This document shows, in pieces, positions 17,820 through 26,817 of a stretch of DNA of 36,342 nucleotides (position 1 is the first letter of the stretch; every line of letters begins with the position of its first letter). The DNA comes from a virus. Its lineage: Duplodnaviria > Caudoviricetes. Location: IMG/VR virus record IMGVR_UViG_3300025429_000005, positions 1 through 36,342 of that record. One strand, given 5' to 3'. Position numbers and translations under genes: made by a program. The notes below the pieces were generated by a model that saw only the letters and a program-made list of their open reading frames with translations, had not been told where the DNA came from and did not search any database.

Positions 17820-19825
17820 TAGAACCTCACTCTTAATTCATGTTCAAATTCAAATCCGTTATAAACGAATCCAGGTGTGCAGTTTGATTGTATCGTCATT
17901 CCCAAGTATTTTCCATATTGTTTAGCATCTGATTTAAATAAAGAATATCCAACTGTTGTCCATCCAACTGTTGCACCAGAGGCATTTGTCCATGACACAA
18001 CTTGACTTGCATTGTTTTGCCAAGAAACAAAACTTGTTAAACTTATTGCTGGACTTGAACTAATTTCACTATCTACAGTTGTACTTAAAGTAACACCATT
18101 ATTACCATTAGTACCTTCAATACCTATTTTTAATGCTTGTTTAGTGCGAATATTATCATCCATCGGCAACAAAGCAGTTTGCACAATAGTTGCAATAGAA
18201 TTACTGCTATCGTTATATAAACGATATAAAGTAGTGCCGTCTGTACCATATAGCCCTATTTTACCAAGAACAGGCACTGAAGTGATATAAGCTAAACTGT
18301 TATTTTGTGAAGTAATAAACCATTTTTTCTCAAAAAATACAGCTTGAATATAACGATAACTCTGACTAAACACCGCATCATAATATCGAAAATTAAAGGC
18401 TGCACATAAAATGTTATTTAATAAGACTTGTCCCGCATAAATTGGACTATTAAAGTCAATATTCGGTATCATACCGTCTAAACTGTCCGACAATTTAGAG
18501 GTTGTTGATCCAACGAGTGCATAAATACCGTAATCATTCATAAATAATACAGAACGGAAGTACGGAAATATGGCATACGGGCGCTTTGTTCCCACCGATG
18601 CAGATACGTTTGTATTTGTAAAAATAGTCACACCAGTTGATGTAACCCTAACATCAGAAAACACATTAATCGAATCATCACCAAAAATATACAAAAAGTT
18701 ATTGGCAGCTAATAATTGAATGATGTTTCCATGCAAAGTAGAGTCTGTTAAAGTCAAATAGCCCGCAGAAACACTTGTAAAATCGCTATAATAGCCCGCT
18801 GCTGAATAATAAACCGTTCTGCCTTGCGCAACCCATACCCTACCACTAAATGTTGCTACACCCACGTTTTGATTGTTATTCACAATAGGTTGTAATACAG
18901 CCGTATTGCCACCTGAACCACCAGGATTTGTGATAGTCACAGAAATATTCGCTGCATTGGTATAACCTGTACCATTATTGGTCATAATGACTTGAGTAAT
19001 GGCATTTCCTTGAATAATCGCTTTAGCTACTGCGCCCGTACCCCCACCACCAGAAATAGCAATAGTTGTATTGGCGGTATTGGTGTAGCCTGACCCTCCA
19101 GACACTACGGCAAAAGCTAATGTTCCTGTAGCAAAAGTAGTAATACCAGCAATTGCATTAGCTCCTGATCCTCCGCCTCCAGAAAAAGTAACGGTAACAT
19201 TAGAACCATTGGTATAACCAGAACCACCTGTTAATAAGGTGATGGTGCTAACATTACCGTTTAAAATGGTACATACTGCATTGGCTTGCGTTCCACCTAT
19301 CTGGTCGGGAGCAGAGATAGTGACGGTGGGCGCAGAAGTGTAGGCATTTCCTGCCGATGTCAATGCAATTGTACCAATCGAGCCTATTGAAACTGTGTTG
19401 TTGCCATCCCAAGAATACAAACCATTGTTTGGATCAAGAATTAACATCCGATCATTGTTGTATTGAGAATAAGTAATTCCCGCATTAGAAAATGTGCCTG
19501 CAACAGCCACGTTTCCTGTTGTTTGTTTTTGTACGTTGTAATATTCTGATGCACCATTCGCTTCAAAACCTACAACAAAATCATTTAATCCTAAATTAAC
19601 AGAAGCAAACGTAGTAACCGTATTACTAAAAGTCACAATTGTGCCAGTAGCATTAGTCACATTGGATACGGTTGGAATAATTTTTAAGTTAGCATAACCG
19701 ACTGGTTGAGCATTTTCTAACCAACTAAACTCATCATCTTCAATTGAGGTGCGGTTAGCTTTGGTGTTAAGACTTTTAAATTGCTTAACAACCTTGTACG
19801 ATTTTTTCTGTTCTGCGCTTGCCAT
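17819..19825 (-). CDS. Tail nozzle / DNA-stabilisation protein (P22 gp10 / T7 gp12 position)
   Basis: 668 aa immediately after the adaptor; beta-propeller-like segments (GRVWVA, VYYS, LYIFG); inserted GGSGYT repeats. Confidence 0.6.
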   Translation of the reverse strand: MASAEQKKSYKVVKQFKSLNTKANRTSIEDDEFSWLENAQPVGYANLKIIPTVSNVTNATGTIVTFSNTVTTFASVNLGLNDFVVGFEANGASEYYNVQKQTTGNVAVAGTFSNAGITYSQYNNDRMLILDPNNGLYSWDGNNTVSIGSIGTIALTSAGNAYTSAPTVTISAPDQIGGTQANAVCTILNGNVSTITLLTGGSGYTNGSNVTVTFSGGGGSGANAIAGITTFATGTLAFAVVSGGSGYTNTANTTIAISGGGGTGAVAKAIIQGNAITQVIMTNNGTGYTNAANISVTITNPGGSGGNTAVLQPIVNNNQNVGVATFSGRVWVAQGRTVYYSAAGYYSDFTSVSAGYLTLTDSTLHGNIIQLLAANNFLYIFGDDSINVFSDVRVTSTGVTIFTNTNVSASVGTKRPYAIFPYFRSVLFMNDYGIYALVGSTTSKLSDSLDGMIPNIDFNSPIYAGQVLLNNILCAAFNFRYYDAVFSQSYRYIQAVFFEKKWFITSQNNSLAYITSVPVLGKIGLYGTDGTTLYRLYNDSSNSIATIVQTALLPMDDNIRTKQALKIGIEGTNGNNGVTLSTTVDSEISSSPAISLTSFVSWQNNASQVVSWTNASGATVGWTTVGYSLFKSDAKQYGKYLGMTIQSNCTPGFVYNGFEFEHELRVRF

Positions 19826-20713
19826 TTACATAGGACTACTATAAATGGTTGGAATACGCCTCGTATAGATAGTGTTGACAATAGAGGCAATCTGACGTTG
19901 ATACTCTTGTTTGTATATTTCTGCTTCACCAAAACTTTGTTCATAATATTTAGCAAGATAAGCAGCATAAAATTTAACAGCCGTAGTGTACGGATCATTA
20001 ATCACGTCTGCTACAGTAGAAGTAGATAAATTAAGTGCATTAGGTAACAATACACAATCAATCTCTACTTGATAGGCTTGATCAGGTACTGGTCCTATAT
20101 AAATTCTGTCTTGGCTATACACACTAAATGCAAGCGGTCTACCAATGTAATTTTGCCAAAACCTAAGACGTGCATTAAAATCCGACCATGCCAAGTAATC
20201 TAAAGGTACTCTTGTATTACCCCAATACAGATTAATGTTCACAATGTCTAACACCGTATTACCAGATGTATTCGATAAAGGCATACTTGACAGTATGGAG
20301 GTTAGGTTTTCAAAAGTAATAATTTCACAATTACCGACATAAAGTAGTGTTGCAGTACCGTCTGCAAATGCTGTACTTGGTGGGTAATTCGTATAGTTGT
20401 TTGTGCCGTTAGCAGGATAGGCAGGTGCAGTAGATCCACTCACACCATTAGTTTGATATTGATAAATAAAAATATTACTAAAGACGTATGATCCTGCTGT
20501 AACTGCTGTGTTTGCTACCCATGCAGTAGGAGTACCACCTTGCACTATGGGAGTCTGGGTTACTACAATTTGTCTTAAACACCCAGTATCACGAACTACA
20601 CGTTCCCTTGCTGAATTTATATAATCAGTTAATTGTTGTTGAGTATAGAAATTAAGGTTAGCATCGTGCAACAATCGTTGAACATCGGTGAGATAGCTCT
20701 GTAAGGTTGCCAT
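19826..20713 (-). CDS. Head-tail adaptor (gatekeeper)-like protein
   Basis: MATLxxYLTDVQRLLHD, LTDYINSA, IYIGPVPDQAY and YAAYLA pattern; WxANTAVT insertion. Confidence 0.65.
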   Translation of the reverse strand: MATLQSYLTDVQRLLHDANLNFYTQQQLTDYINSARERVVRDTGCLRQIVVTQTPIVQGGTPTAWVANTAVTAGSYVFSNIFIYQYQTNGVSGSTAPAYPANGTNNYTNYPPSTAFADGTATLLYVGNCEIITFENLTSILSSMPLSNTSGNTVLDIVNINLYWGNTRVPLDYLAWSDFNARLRFWQNYIGRPLAFSVYSQDRIYIGPVPDQAYQVEIDCVLLPNALNLSTSTVADVINDPYTTAVKFYAAYLAKYYEQSFGEAEIYKQEYQRQIASIVNTIYTRRIPTIYSSPM

Positions 20714-20727
20714 GTTCTATTCATAGT

Positions 20728-21063
20728 TTAAACTGCTTTAAGGATTTTTCCCCTTGTCTGCGCTGAATCAGGCAAGGGTACTCTTTCCACCAACGGGGAT
20801 AACGATTGGTTCTTTTTTGGTCGTTCAATTTGAATGTCTACTTGTGCAAGTAGCTCTAAACCCTTCTTTACTTCCAAATTGTTTTTAATCCAACCTAAAC
20901 GAGCCAAATAAGGAAACTTGTCCTCTTTATCGTAACCAAATACATGTTCAGCAACAAACACAGGCACTTCAACAGTAACTCCTTTTTTAAATTCATAGAA
21001 TTTACCATCGTAGCCATCTACGACTTCAAGGTCTGTGTTATTGGTTACAAATACAGTAGACAT
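20728..21063 (-). CDS. Hypothetical protein in the head module
   Basis: Start MSTVF at 21063 forms a TAATG overlap with the upstream gene. Confidence 0.65.
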   Translation of the reverse strand: MSTVFVTNNTDLEVVDGYDGKFYEFKKGVTVEVPVFVAEHVFGYDKEDKFPYLARLGWIKNNLEVKKGLELLAQVDIQIERPKKNQSLSPLVERVPLPDSAQTRGKILKAV

Positions 21064-21515
21064 TAGAAACTCACTACATCGCCATACACACAAATGTCAA
21101 CGGTATTGCCGTTTCCAGAAGGTGTATTAATATTAACGTACAAGGCTTGTGTTACCGATCCTGACACTACGTTTGCAGTATAAGGGGATGACGGTGTTAT
21201 ATCCTGCCATGTGCCAACACCAGTTATTGTTGTTAACACGGTGTTTGCAAAAACAATATTTGCGTTATTGTTGGTTGCAGAAATTGACACATTAGCAGAA
21301 GAAACAGATCCTGTAGGATTTTGTATAGTTACTCTACGAATAATAACACCACCAGAATTGGCAACAGCACCGCCATTCGTTAAACCACCACTTAATAAAG
21401 GAATAGTAATAACTGCATTACCACCTGTATTCAATGAGGTTGCACGAATAACGCCAAGTCTACCATTACTAAAACTGTCAAGGTAAAACTGACCGACTGA
21501 ATCTGGATTAGCCAT
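21063..21515 (-). CDS. Probable capsid decoration / minor structural protein (Asn/Thr/Val-rich)
   Basis: AAGGAG RBS; second gene after the MCP; beta-rich. Confidence 0.6.
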   Translation of the reverse strand: MANPDSVGQFYLDSFSNGRLGVIRATSLNTGGNAVITIPLLSGGLTNGGAVANSGGVIIRRVTIQNPTGSVSSANVSISATNNNANIVFANTVLTTITGVGTWQDITPSSPYTANVVSGSVTQALYVNINTPSGNGNTVDICVYGDVVSF

Positions 21516-21525
21516 TGTTTACTCC

Positions 21526-21897
21526 TTAACTTGTAAAGGTAGCAGATACGTTTTGTCCACCATTGACTGTATACAAAGTTAATGTCTGATTCGATACAGT
21601 TGCGTTTGCTCGCACGTTATATCCGTCAGAAATTAATGTACCGCCAGAGTTAGAAGCAATGTAAGTTGTCCAGTTGTTATTGTTTGTACCACTGTTGACT
21701 TCAATTGCTACGTTTGCAGCAGCAACTAAAGGCATAATGTACATACCTGCTGGAACATACTGTGCTGTCAAAGTACCTGCGTTCATTGCAGTTAAATTAC
21801 CAATACCAATACTAGAAATAGTGACCGTCTGTGGATAACCACCAGGTGTATTTGTGTTGGTGTTTGCTAATAAGATTTTATTTAAACCGAGTGCCAT
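21526..21897 (-). CDS. Probable capsid decoration protein (Asn/Thr-rich)
   Basis: AAGGAG RBS; directly after the MCP. Confidence 0.6.
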   Translation of the reverse strand: MALGLNKILLANTNTNTPGGYPQTVTISSIGIGNLTAMNAGTLTAQYVPAGMYIMPLVAAANVAIEVNSGTNNNNWTTYIASNSGGTLISDGYNVRANATVSNQTLTLYTVNGGQNVSATFTS

Positions 21898-21909
21898 GTT
21901 ATAAGCTCC

Positions 21910-22920
21910 TTATAGTGAAATTGAGTTATAACCAGTCACACGAGTCATGGACTTAGGTTTAGTAGAAACTAATTCTGCAATCATAAGTACTGCACCGACA
22001 TAACCAATCTGCCAGTTCGGTAAAGTTGATTCAAAACCAGTAAATACAAACGAACCTTGATCGTGGATGTATAAACTCAAGTAGTTGGAGTTAATAAAAT
22101 ACAATGTGCCTTCAGGACAGTATGGATCTGGATAAATAGGAACACCAGCAACCATCAATGCTCTAAACGCAGCTTGTGGACCATTTGCATCACCATCAAA
22201 CGCATGACCTGGAGTAATCACATATTGCTCTTGACCTACAAAGTCTTGTGCTAACAATGTCCATGTACCAAAACCACATACACCAAATGTAGGCACTTCC
22301 GCTCCGTACTTGACAGTACCAGAGATGTATTGCAATACGTTTTGACGTGTTGGATTGACGTTACCAGCATTGTAAACTTTAGATTTCCACCAACCGTATG
22401 TAGAACGGTTAATGTTTCCGTAAGTTGCTAAGTTTGTACCGTCATCAATTGCACCAGGTAATCCAATAAATTGTTGGGTATTAGTGTAATTGTTGTAAAG
22501 AGCAGTAGCCATCGCATCCATCATGACGTTTGTAGCGTCATTCATACGGGCTTCAATTAATGGGATGATTGCGTAGTCTTGTTGCACTGCGCCTTCCATA
22601 CCGAGAAACGGTACAGGAGAAATCATCAGTTTAAGGTTAAATTCAGCAAGGAAAGCACCTTGTTGGACTGAAGGTTGCGTAAAGCTACCTGAATAGTCCG
22701 ACCACTGTGCGTTCACAAACTGTGCGCCTTGCACAGGTACTGAAACTTGGGATACACCACCAGAGGCTTGTTGACTGTTACCAATCAAAGCAGCCATTAA
22801 CGGTGTGCTGTTATAAATTTGTACAACCAACTTAGGGATAAATGCACGGCGTGTAACGTAGGTTAACTCGTTATACTGTGAACTACCCGAAGCTGGTACT
22901 ATTCCGCCTCCAATTGGCAT
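21910..22920 (-). CDS. Major capsid protein
   Basis: About 336 aa after scaffold-like genes; QIYNSTPL, GLPGAIDDG, YGNINRSTYGWW, GVPIYPDPYCPEGTLYFINSNY. Start 22920 follows AGGAG. Confidence 0.85.
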   Translation of the reverse strand: MPIGGGIVPASGSSQYNELTYVTRRAFIPKLVVQIYNSTPLMAALIGNSQQASGGVSQVSVPVQGAQFVNAQWSDYSGSFTQPSVQQGAFLAEFNLKLMISPVPFLGMEGAVQQDYAIIPLIEARMNDATNVMMDAMATALYNNYTNTQQFIGLPGAIDDGTNLATYGNINRSTYGWWKSKVYNAGNVNPTRQNVLQYISGTVKYGAEVPTFGVCGFGTWTLLAQDFVGQEQYVITPGHAFDGDANGPQAAFRALMVAGVPIYPDPYCPEGTLYFINSNYLSLYIHDQGSFVFTGFESTLPNWQIGYVGAVLMIAELVSTKPKSMTRVTGYNSISL

Positions 22921-22955
22921 AATCAACTCCTATAGTAAATATCCCCTATTTACAA

Positions 22956-23492
22956 TCATAAACCAATGGGCTTAGTGCTTTTACGCAAGTCCATTAGCGC
23001 CTGTGCTGCTTCGTTTCTTGCACCTTGAATCGGATTTTTCATAAACGACTCAAGATTAAATTTCTTCATCACGTTTGGATTGTAACCCATACTTGAGTCA
23101 GAAGTAGGTACTGCTGCTTGTTTCATCCACTCGAAATATTCAGCTGCTGTTTCGTGATCGTGAATTTGTTTTTCCAGCATAATTTTTTCAATTTCTGGAA
23201 TGTCGTTTTCAGATGCTTTACCTTTTTTGATTAAAGAATTTCTACGACTTTGTAAATCTTCCATTGCTTCTTTTTCTTTCATTTTTGATGCCAATTTCTG
23301 ATACTCGTCTTGCGTTTGCTTGAGTTGTTTAGAAATGTGATCTTTGAGAGAAAGTTCTGGAATCGTTAAATCAGGTTTCACTTGTTGCGTTAAACGCAAA
23401 AAAGATTCCCGTGTATTTGGATTATCAGCGAGCTGTTTTGCAAGCATCGCTAATTCATCTCGTTGTTCTAGTGAAAGATCTTCTAAAGACAT
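22956..23492 (-). CDS. Probable scaffolding protein
   Basis: Charged helical 178-aa protein directly upstream of the MCP. Confidence 0.55.
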   Translation of the reverse strand: MSLEDLSLEQRDELAMLAKQLADNPNTRESFLRLTQQVKPDLTIPELSLKDHISKQLKQTQDEYQKLASKMKEKEAMEDLQSRRNSLIKKGKASENDIPEIEKIMLEKQIHDHETAAEYFEWMKQAAVPTSDSSMGYNPNVMKKFNLESFMKNPIQGARNEAAQALMDLRKSTKPIGL

Positions 23493-23509
23493 TTTTATCC
23501 CCTTTTAAA

Positions 23510-23695
23510 TTAAATGACTTTTTTAGTATCACCAGGATTACTTGTGGTCATCATATTTTTAAATCCAGCTTTAGGTGCTGAAGTTAAACCACCAAATTGT
23601 GAATATCTTGGTGTATTAATGATTTGACCATTTTTCTGGTTGTTGTCGGTAGGTCTACGAGGAGATGCTGCACCTCTTGGTTTAAACAGTTCCAT
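23510..23695 (-). CDS. Small basic protein (61 aa)
   Basis: Start MELFKPRG at 23695 after AAGGA; the longer track ORF overlaps the upstream gene. Confidence 0.6.
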   Translation of the reverse strand: MELFKPRGAASPRRPTDNNQKNGQIINTPRYSQFGGLTSAPKAGFKNMMTTSNPGDTKKVI

Positions 23696-23705
23696 ACTAT
23701 TTCCT

Positions 23706-24227
23706 TTACATAGGTTGTGGTGGAGGCATACCACCAGGAGGAGGACCACCAGCACCAGCGCCCATTGGAGGCATTGGAGGAGAAGGTGCGCCACCAGGTG
23801 ACATACCAGGAATCAACGGTGCTTGTTGCATTGCTTTACCTTCAGGCGTTGCACCACCAGCTTGAGGTAATTGTTGTAACATTTGCATGATTTCAGTTGG
23901 TTGCAAAGAATTCGTTTTTGCTCTCTTTGCACCGAGAATTGTTGTCAAGGTACGAATACCATTTAATACTTTTTGACCTTCTTCTGATTCACTGCCAAGT
24001 GCAGGCAATGCTTGCTCTAATAAATCCATTGCCATTGCAATGTTCACTAATGATGCCTCACGATTTCCCATCTTGGGTTCTGGTGTTGACATGGGAGAAG
24101 CCATAGGCGCACTACTGGGATCAGAGATACCTGTTGGTGTTTCAGGAACGGGTGGCTTTCCACCAGGAGTTGCTCCATCCTTTTGGCTTTTCAACAAGTT
24201 CATCAACTGATCTGGCGGCATGCTCAT
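23706..24227 (-). CDS. Pro/Met/Gly-rich head-module protein
   Basis: Low-complexity termini around a helical core; AGGA RBS. Confidence 0.7.
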   Translation of the reverse strand: MSMPPDQLMNLLKSQKDGATPGGKPPVPETPTGISDPSSAPMASPMSTPEPKMGNREASLVNIAMAMDLLEQALPALGSESEEGQKVLNGIRTLTTILGAKRAKTNSLQPTEIMQMLQQLPQAGGATPEGKAMQQAPLIPGMSPGGAPSPPMPPMGAGAGGPPPGGMPPPQPM

Positions 24228-24253
24228 AGTTATTTCCTATTCAATTACAAGAA

Positions 24254-24281
24254 AGATTAAACCTTTCTATCAAAATGTCAA
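24254..24281 (-). promoter_or_regulatory. Possible sigma70-type promoter for head genes
   Basis: Perfect TTGACA at 24281-24276, 16-nt spacer, TAATCT. Confidence 0.4.
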
Positions 24282-24351
24282 GTAGGGGGTAATATTTCTA
24301 TTCCCACCCCCAAAGGGAGGTTAAACGGTCAAACCGTAGAATCCTTGCGGA

Positions 24352-24390
24352 TTACTTACGACCTTTACGACCTTTTCTTCCTTTACGCAT
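24352..24390 (-). CDS. 12-aa micropeptide MRKGRKGRKGRK
   Basis: ATG CGT AAA GGA AGA AAA GGT CGT AAA GGT CGT AAG TAA; AGGAG 7 nt upstream; synonymous codons vary between repeats. Confidence 0.7.
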   Translation of the reverse strand: MRKGRKGRKGRK

Positions 24391-24468
24391 GGAAAATCTC
24401 CTAATCCAAGCGGTCCACCGATTTGGGTTGGCAGCCAACACCCTTTCCTTCTCACAGGAAACCCGTGT

Positions 24469-24627
24469 TTATCCCCTCGTAGGTCTACCGCCATAATCTT
24501 TGCGAGTCCCACGACTAAAACTTTTAATACCAGTATTTTTGTACTGCATAGATGGCGTAGCACTTCTCTTTAAAGTTTCCGTAGATACTTTAGGTTGATC
24601 AGCTCTGGGCGCTACATTAATTGCCAT
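24469..24627 (-). CDS. Unannotated 52-aa basic protein
   Basis: MAINVAPRADQPKVSTETLKRSATPSMQYKNTGIKSFSRGTRKDYGGRPTRG; GGAGG RBS; TGATG overlap with the portal stop. Confidence 0.7.
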   Translation of the reverse strand: MAINVAPRADQPKVSTETLKRSATPSMQYKNTGIKSFSRGTRKDYGGRPTRG

Positions 24628-26255
24628 CATTCCTCCATCTTCATTTTATGCTGTTCTTTACCTTTTTGACCTTGAGGTTGCGGTTGTGTTGCTTTTTTCG
24701 CTTCCTCTTGCTTTAAACGGTCTTTCAGTAATTGTTTCATTGGTGGCTCTAATAAGTCAAGTAAAGATTCTTTACTAATTGCTTGCGCCTTAAATAAATT
24801 AAATGCTAACTGTTTTAAATCCTCTGTAAAGATAGGACTATTGGAGTGAGCATCCACTTTTACTACAAAATCGTCTGTAAATTGTTCTGCAATAAACAGT
24901 TTACCGTCTACATCTTTAAAATGCGTATCATCATAATTTTTCATGAGTTTTAAATACAAAGTAGCCACTTTTTCAAGGCTATCTTCTACAATCAAAGCTC
25001 TTTTCTTAGCTCTAGAGCTACCAAGACGTGCTAATTGGCTTGCATGACCTTGAGAACGGACTCCAGACTCACCTTTACCTGATAATACGTTAGAAATACC
25101 AGAAACTTCACTAAACATAGCGTCAATTTCATGGATGACTTCAAATAAATCAGGTGGCATCTCAGGAGCAAGGTTTTCAACCCTCGCACCAGGCATATCA
25201 CTAGCAATATGGCTTCCAGCACGGTTTAAAGCCAAGAATTTCTCATCCATGATGCCACTAATACCTGAAAACACTCTTGGAGGAGCTACTTGTTTACTTA
25301 ACAAGTCTAAAATCTCTGTCATACGGGTATTTCTAAGTTGTTGAAGGTTTACTAGCTTAGAAACTTCCGACACACCCCAAAAATAATCGTATTGAGGGAC
25401 TGGGCATATCTGTACAAAAGGACATTCACCTTTTAAAAACATACTTTCACCAGGTCTGTCATAAATAACCACATTAGGATTAGCAATGGTTACTACTTGA
25501 TAATCTTGCGTATCATCGTTCCATAACCAACACTCACGCATTTCCACCATATCTTCAGCAACTCTAGCTTTGTAACGGTTTGTGCCGTACAACTCCATAT
25601 TGACATTACCGTAGATAGTAGGGTTAGTTTGGGACATAACAATACGGTTTACTGCGTCTGGAATCTCAGATTCTTGTACTCGAACACCACCAACCACCCT
25701 TTTAATGATGGCATCACGTTGCGGATGGGAATAAAGACGAGCATATAACTCAGATTTAGTAATGAAATACGTTTGCACCATTGCTTCTTGACGGTCTGCA
25801 TAGGGACTATCCTCACGCAATACGCCCATAGAGGATGGTTCAATTAAGTATGGATGAATACCTTTGTTATAAACTAACTTGATAAAGGTGGTGTTGTATA
25901 CCAAAGCCCATGTCAAAGCTGTAGAAAACACTTGGTCTGCATTGGAATTAAGCCACTCATCGTTAAGCGCTTGCGTCAGAACAGGTGTCTTATGATGTTC
26001 ATTACCAGGTACAGAAGCACCTAATTGAATAGAGAATCTTGTTGTTTCTGAAGAATACAAGAATGAAGTTAACTGATCAATGTGTGGATTGATTTTGTTA
26101 AAGTATGCTGGTGGTTCTTCAGGGTTAGCACCAAAAAGGTAATATGCTCTTAAATTGGTGTAATCCCCTCTACGTTCTTCACGGGACACCATGCACTTTT
26201 CCATAATGTCAATATAGAAGTTTTCACGGTCAAGAGGATTATTTGGGATTCTCAT
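24627..26255 (-). CDS. Portal protein
   Basis: 542 aa between terminase and head genes; FNKINPHIDQL, CPFVQ...YFWGVS, EVSGISNVLSG patterns typical of podovirus-type portals. Confidence 0.8.
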   Translation of the reverse strand: MRIPNNPLDRENFYIDIMEKCMVSREERRGDYTNLRAYYLFGANPEEPPAYFNKINPHIDQLTSFLYSSETTRFSIQLGASVPGNEHHKTPVLTQALNDEWLNSNADQVFSTALTWALVYNTTFIKLVYNKGIHPYLIEPSSMGVLREDSPYADRQEAMVQTYFITKSELYARLYSHPQRDAIIKRVVGGVRVQESEIPDAVNRIVMSQTNPTIYGNVNMELYGTNRYKARVAEDMVEMRECWLWNDDTQDYQVVTIANPNVVIYDRPGESMFLKGECPFVQICPVPQYDYFWGVSEVSKLVNLQQLRNTRMTEILDLLSKQVAPPRVFSGISGIMDEKFLALNRAGSHIASDMPGARVENLAPEMPPDLFEVIHEIDAMFSEVSGISNVLSGKGESGVRSQGHASQLARLGSSRAKKRALIVEDSLEKVATLYLKLMKNYDDTHFKDVDGKLFIAEQFTDDFVVKVDAHSNSPIFTEDLKQLAFNLFKAQAISKESLLDLLEPPMKQLLKDRLKQEEAKKATQPQPQGQKGKEQHKMKMEE

Positions 26256-26815
26256 TTTTTCAATTGTAAATTATCTGGGTCTTTAAAGTAACTTGCAATA
26301 CGAGGTCCACTAGAAATTCCTGCTTGGTTTGGCAAAATGGAAGTCATTTCTGCTTCTTTGCCTAGTAAAGGACCTACAGGTTTAGAAAACTGTCCTGCAA
26401 GAATGTTTTGCATGTTCATGCCTGTTTTCCCACCACCCCAGACTGCTGCGTCACCTGGTCGTGGTTCTTGCGGTTGTTCTTGGACTTGGGTTTTGATTTT
26501 GTCTTTGTTGACACCCCTTTTACGGGTTGCGTACTTTTCGGCTTCTGCGTATTCTTTTTCCGTGAACTTGTTGTTACGGGTGAGGTAACCTGCTTGGTTT
26601 TCACCTTCTTTGGTGGATTTGATGTTGGACATTCCAAAGTCGGTGGCAAGCTGTTTGACGTTTTTGTCGGTTGCTTTGGTTTTGTCACTAACCAGTCCTG
26701 GAGCTTGGAGATGTACTTGATAAACTTCTGCATCGCACCCTTTCATTGGACAAGCAGGCTTTCTGCTTTCAAAGTAGCCGTGTTTGTCGCATTTAAAATC
26801 CTTTAATACTGCCAT
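26252..26815 (-). CDS. Protein with N-terminal Zn-ribbon (FmdB-like)
   Basis: DFKCDKHGYFE...CPMKGC (CxxH...CxxxC). Confidence 0.55.
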   Translation of the reverse strand: MAVLKDFKCDKHGYFESRKPACPMKGCDAEVYQVHLQAPGLVSDKTKATDKNVKQLATDFGMSNIKSTKEGENQAGYLTRNNKFTEKEYAEAEKYATRKRGVNKDKIKTQVQEQPQEPRPGDAAVWGGGKTGMNMQNILAGQFSKPVGPLLGKEAEMTSILPNQAGISSGPRIASYFKDPDNLQLKK

Positions 26816-26817
26816 TT

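Noticed and set aside
17819-21897. Enrichment of N-X-S/T sequons as evidence of canonical N-glycosylation
   Set aside because: A rough hand count gave about a quarter of Asn in sequons, close to what the high Ser/Thr content predicts. Only the overall Asn richness is kept as a weak hint.
24321-24563. 80-aa track ORF across the portal-downstream gap
   Set aside because: No clear RBS. It overlaps two better-supported ORFs (24469-24627 and 24352-24390) that have strong SD sequences.
10201-26806. Plus-strand ORFs opposite structural genes (e.g. 10201, 10489, 14068, 14356, 18012, 21211, 26337, 26408) and nested alternative-frame ORFs
   Set aside because: Shadow ORFs of long genes, with no RBS or recognisable motifs, that break the otherwise strict strand organisation.
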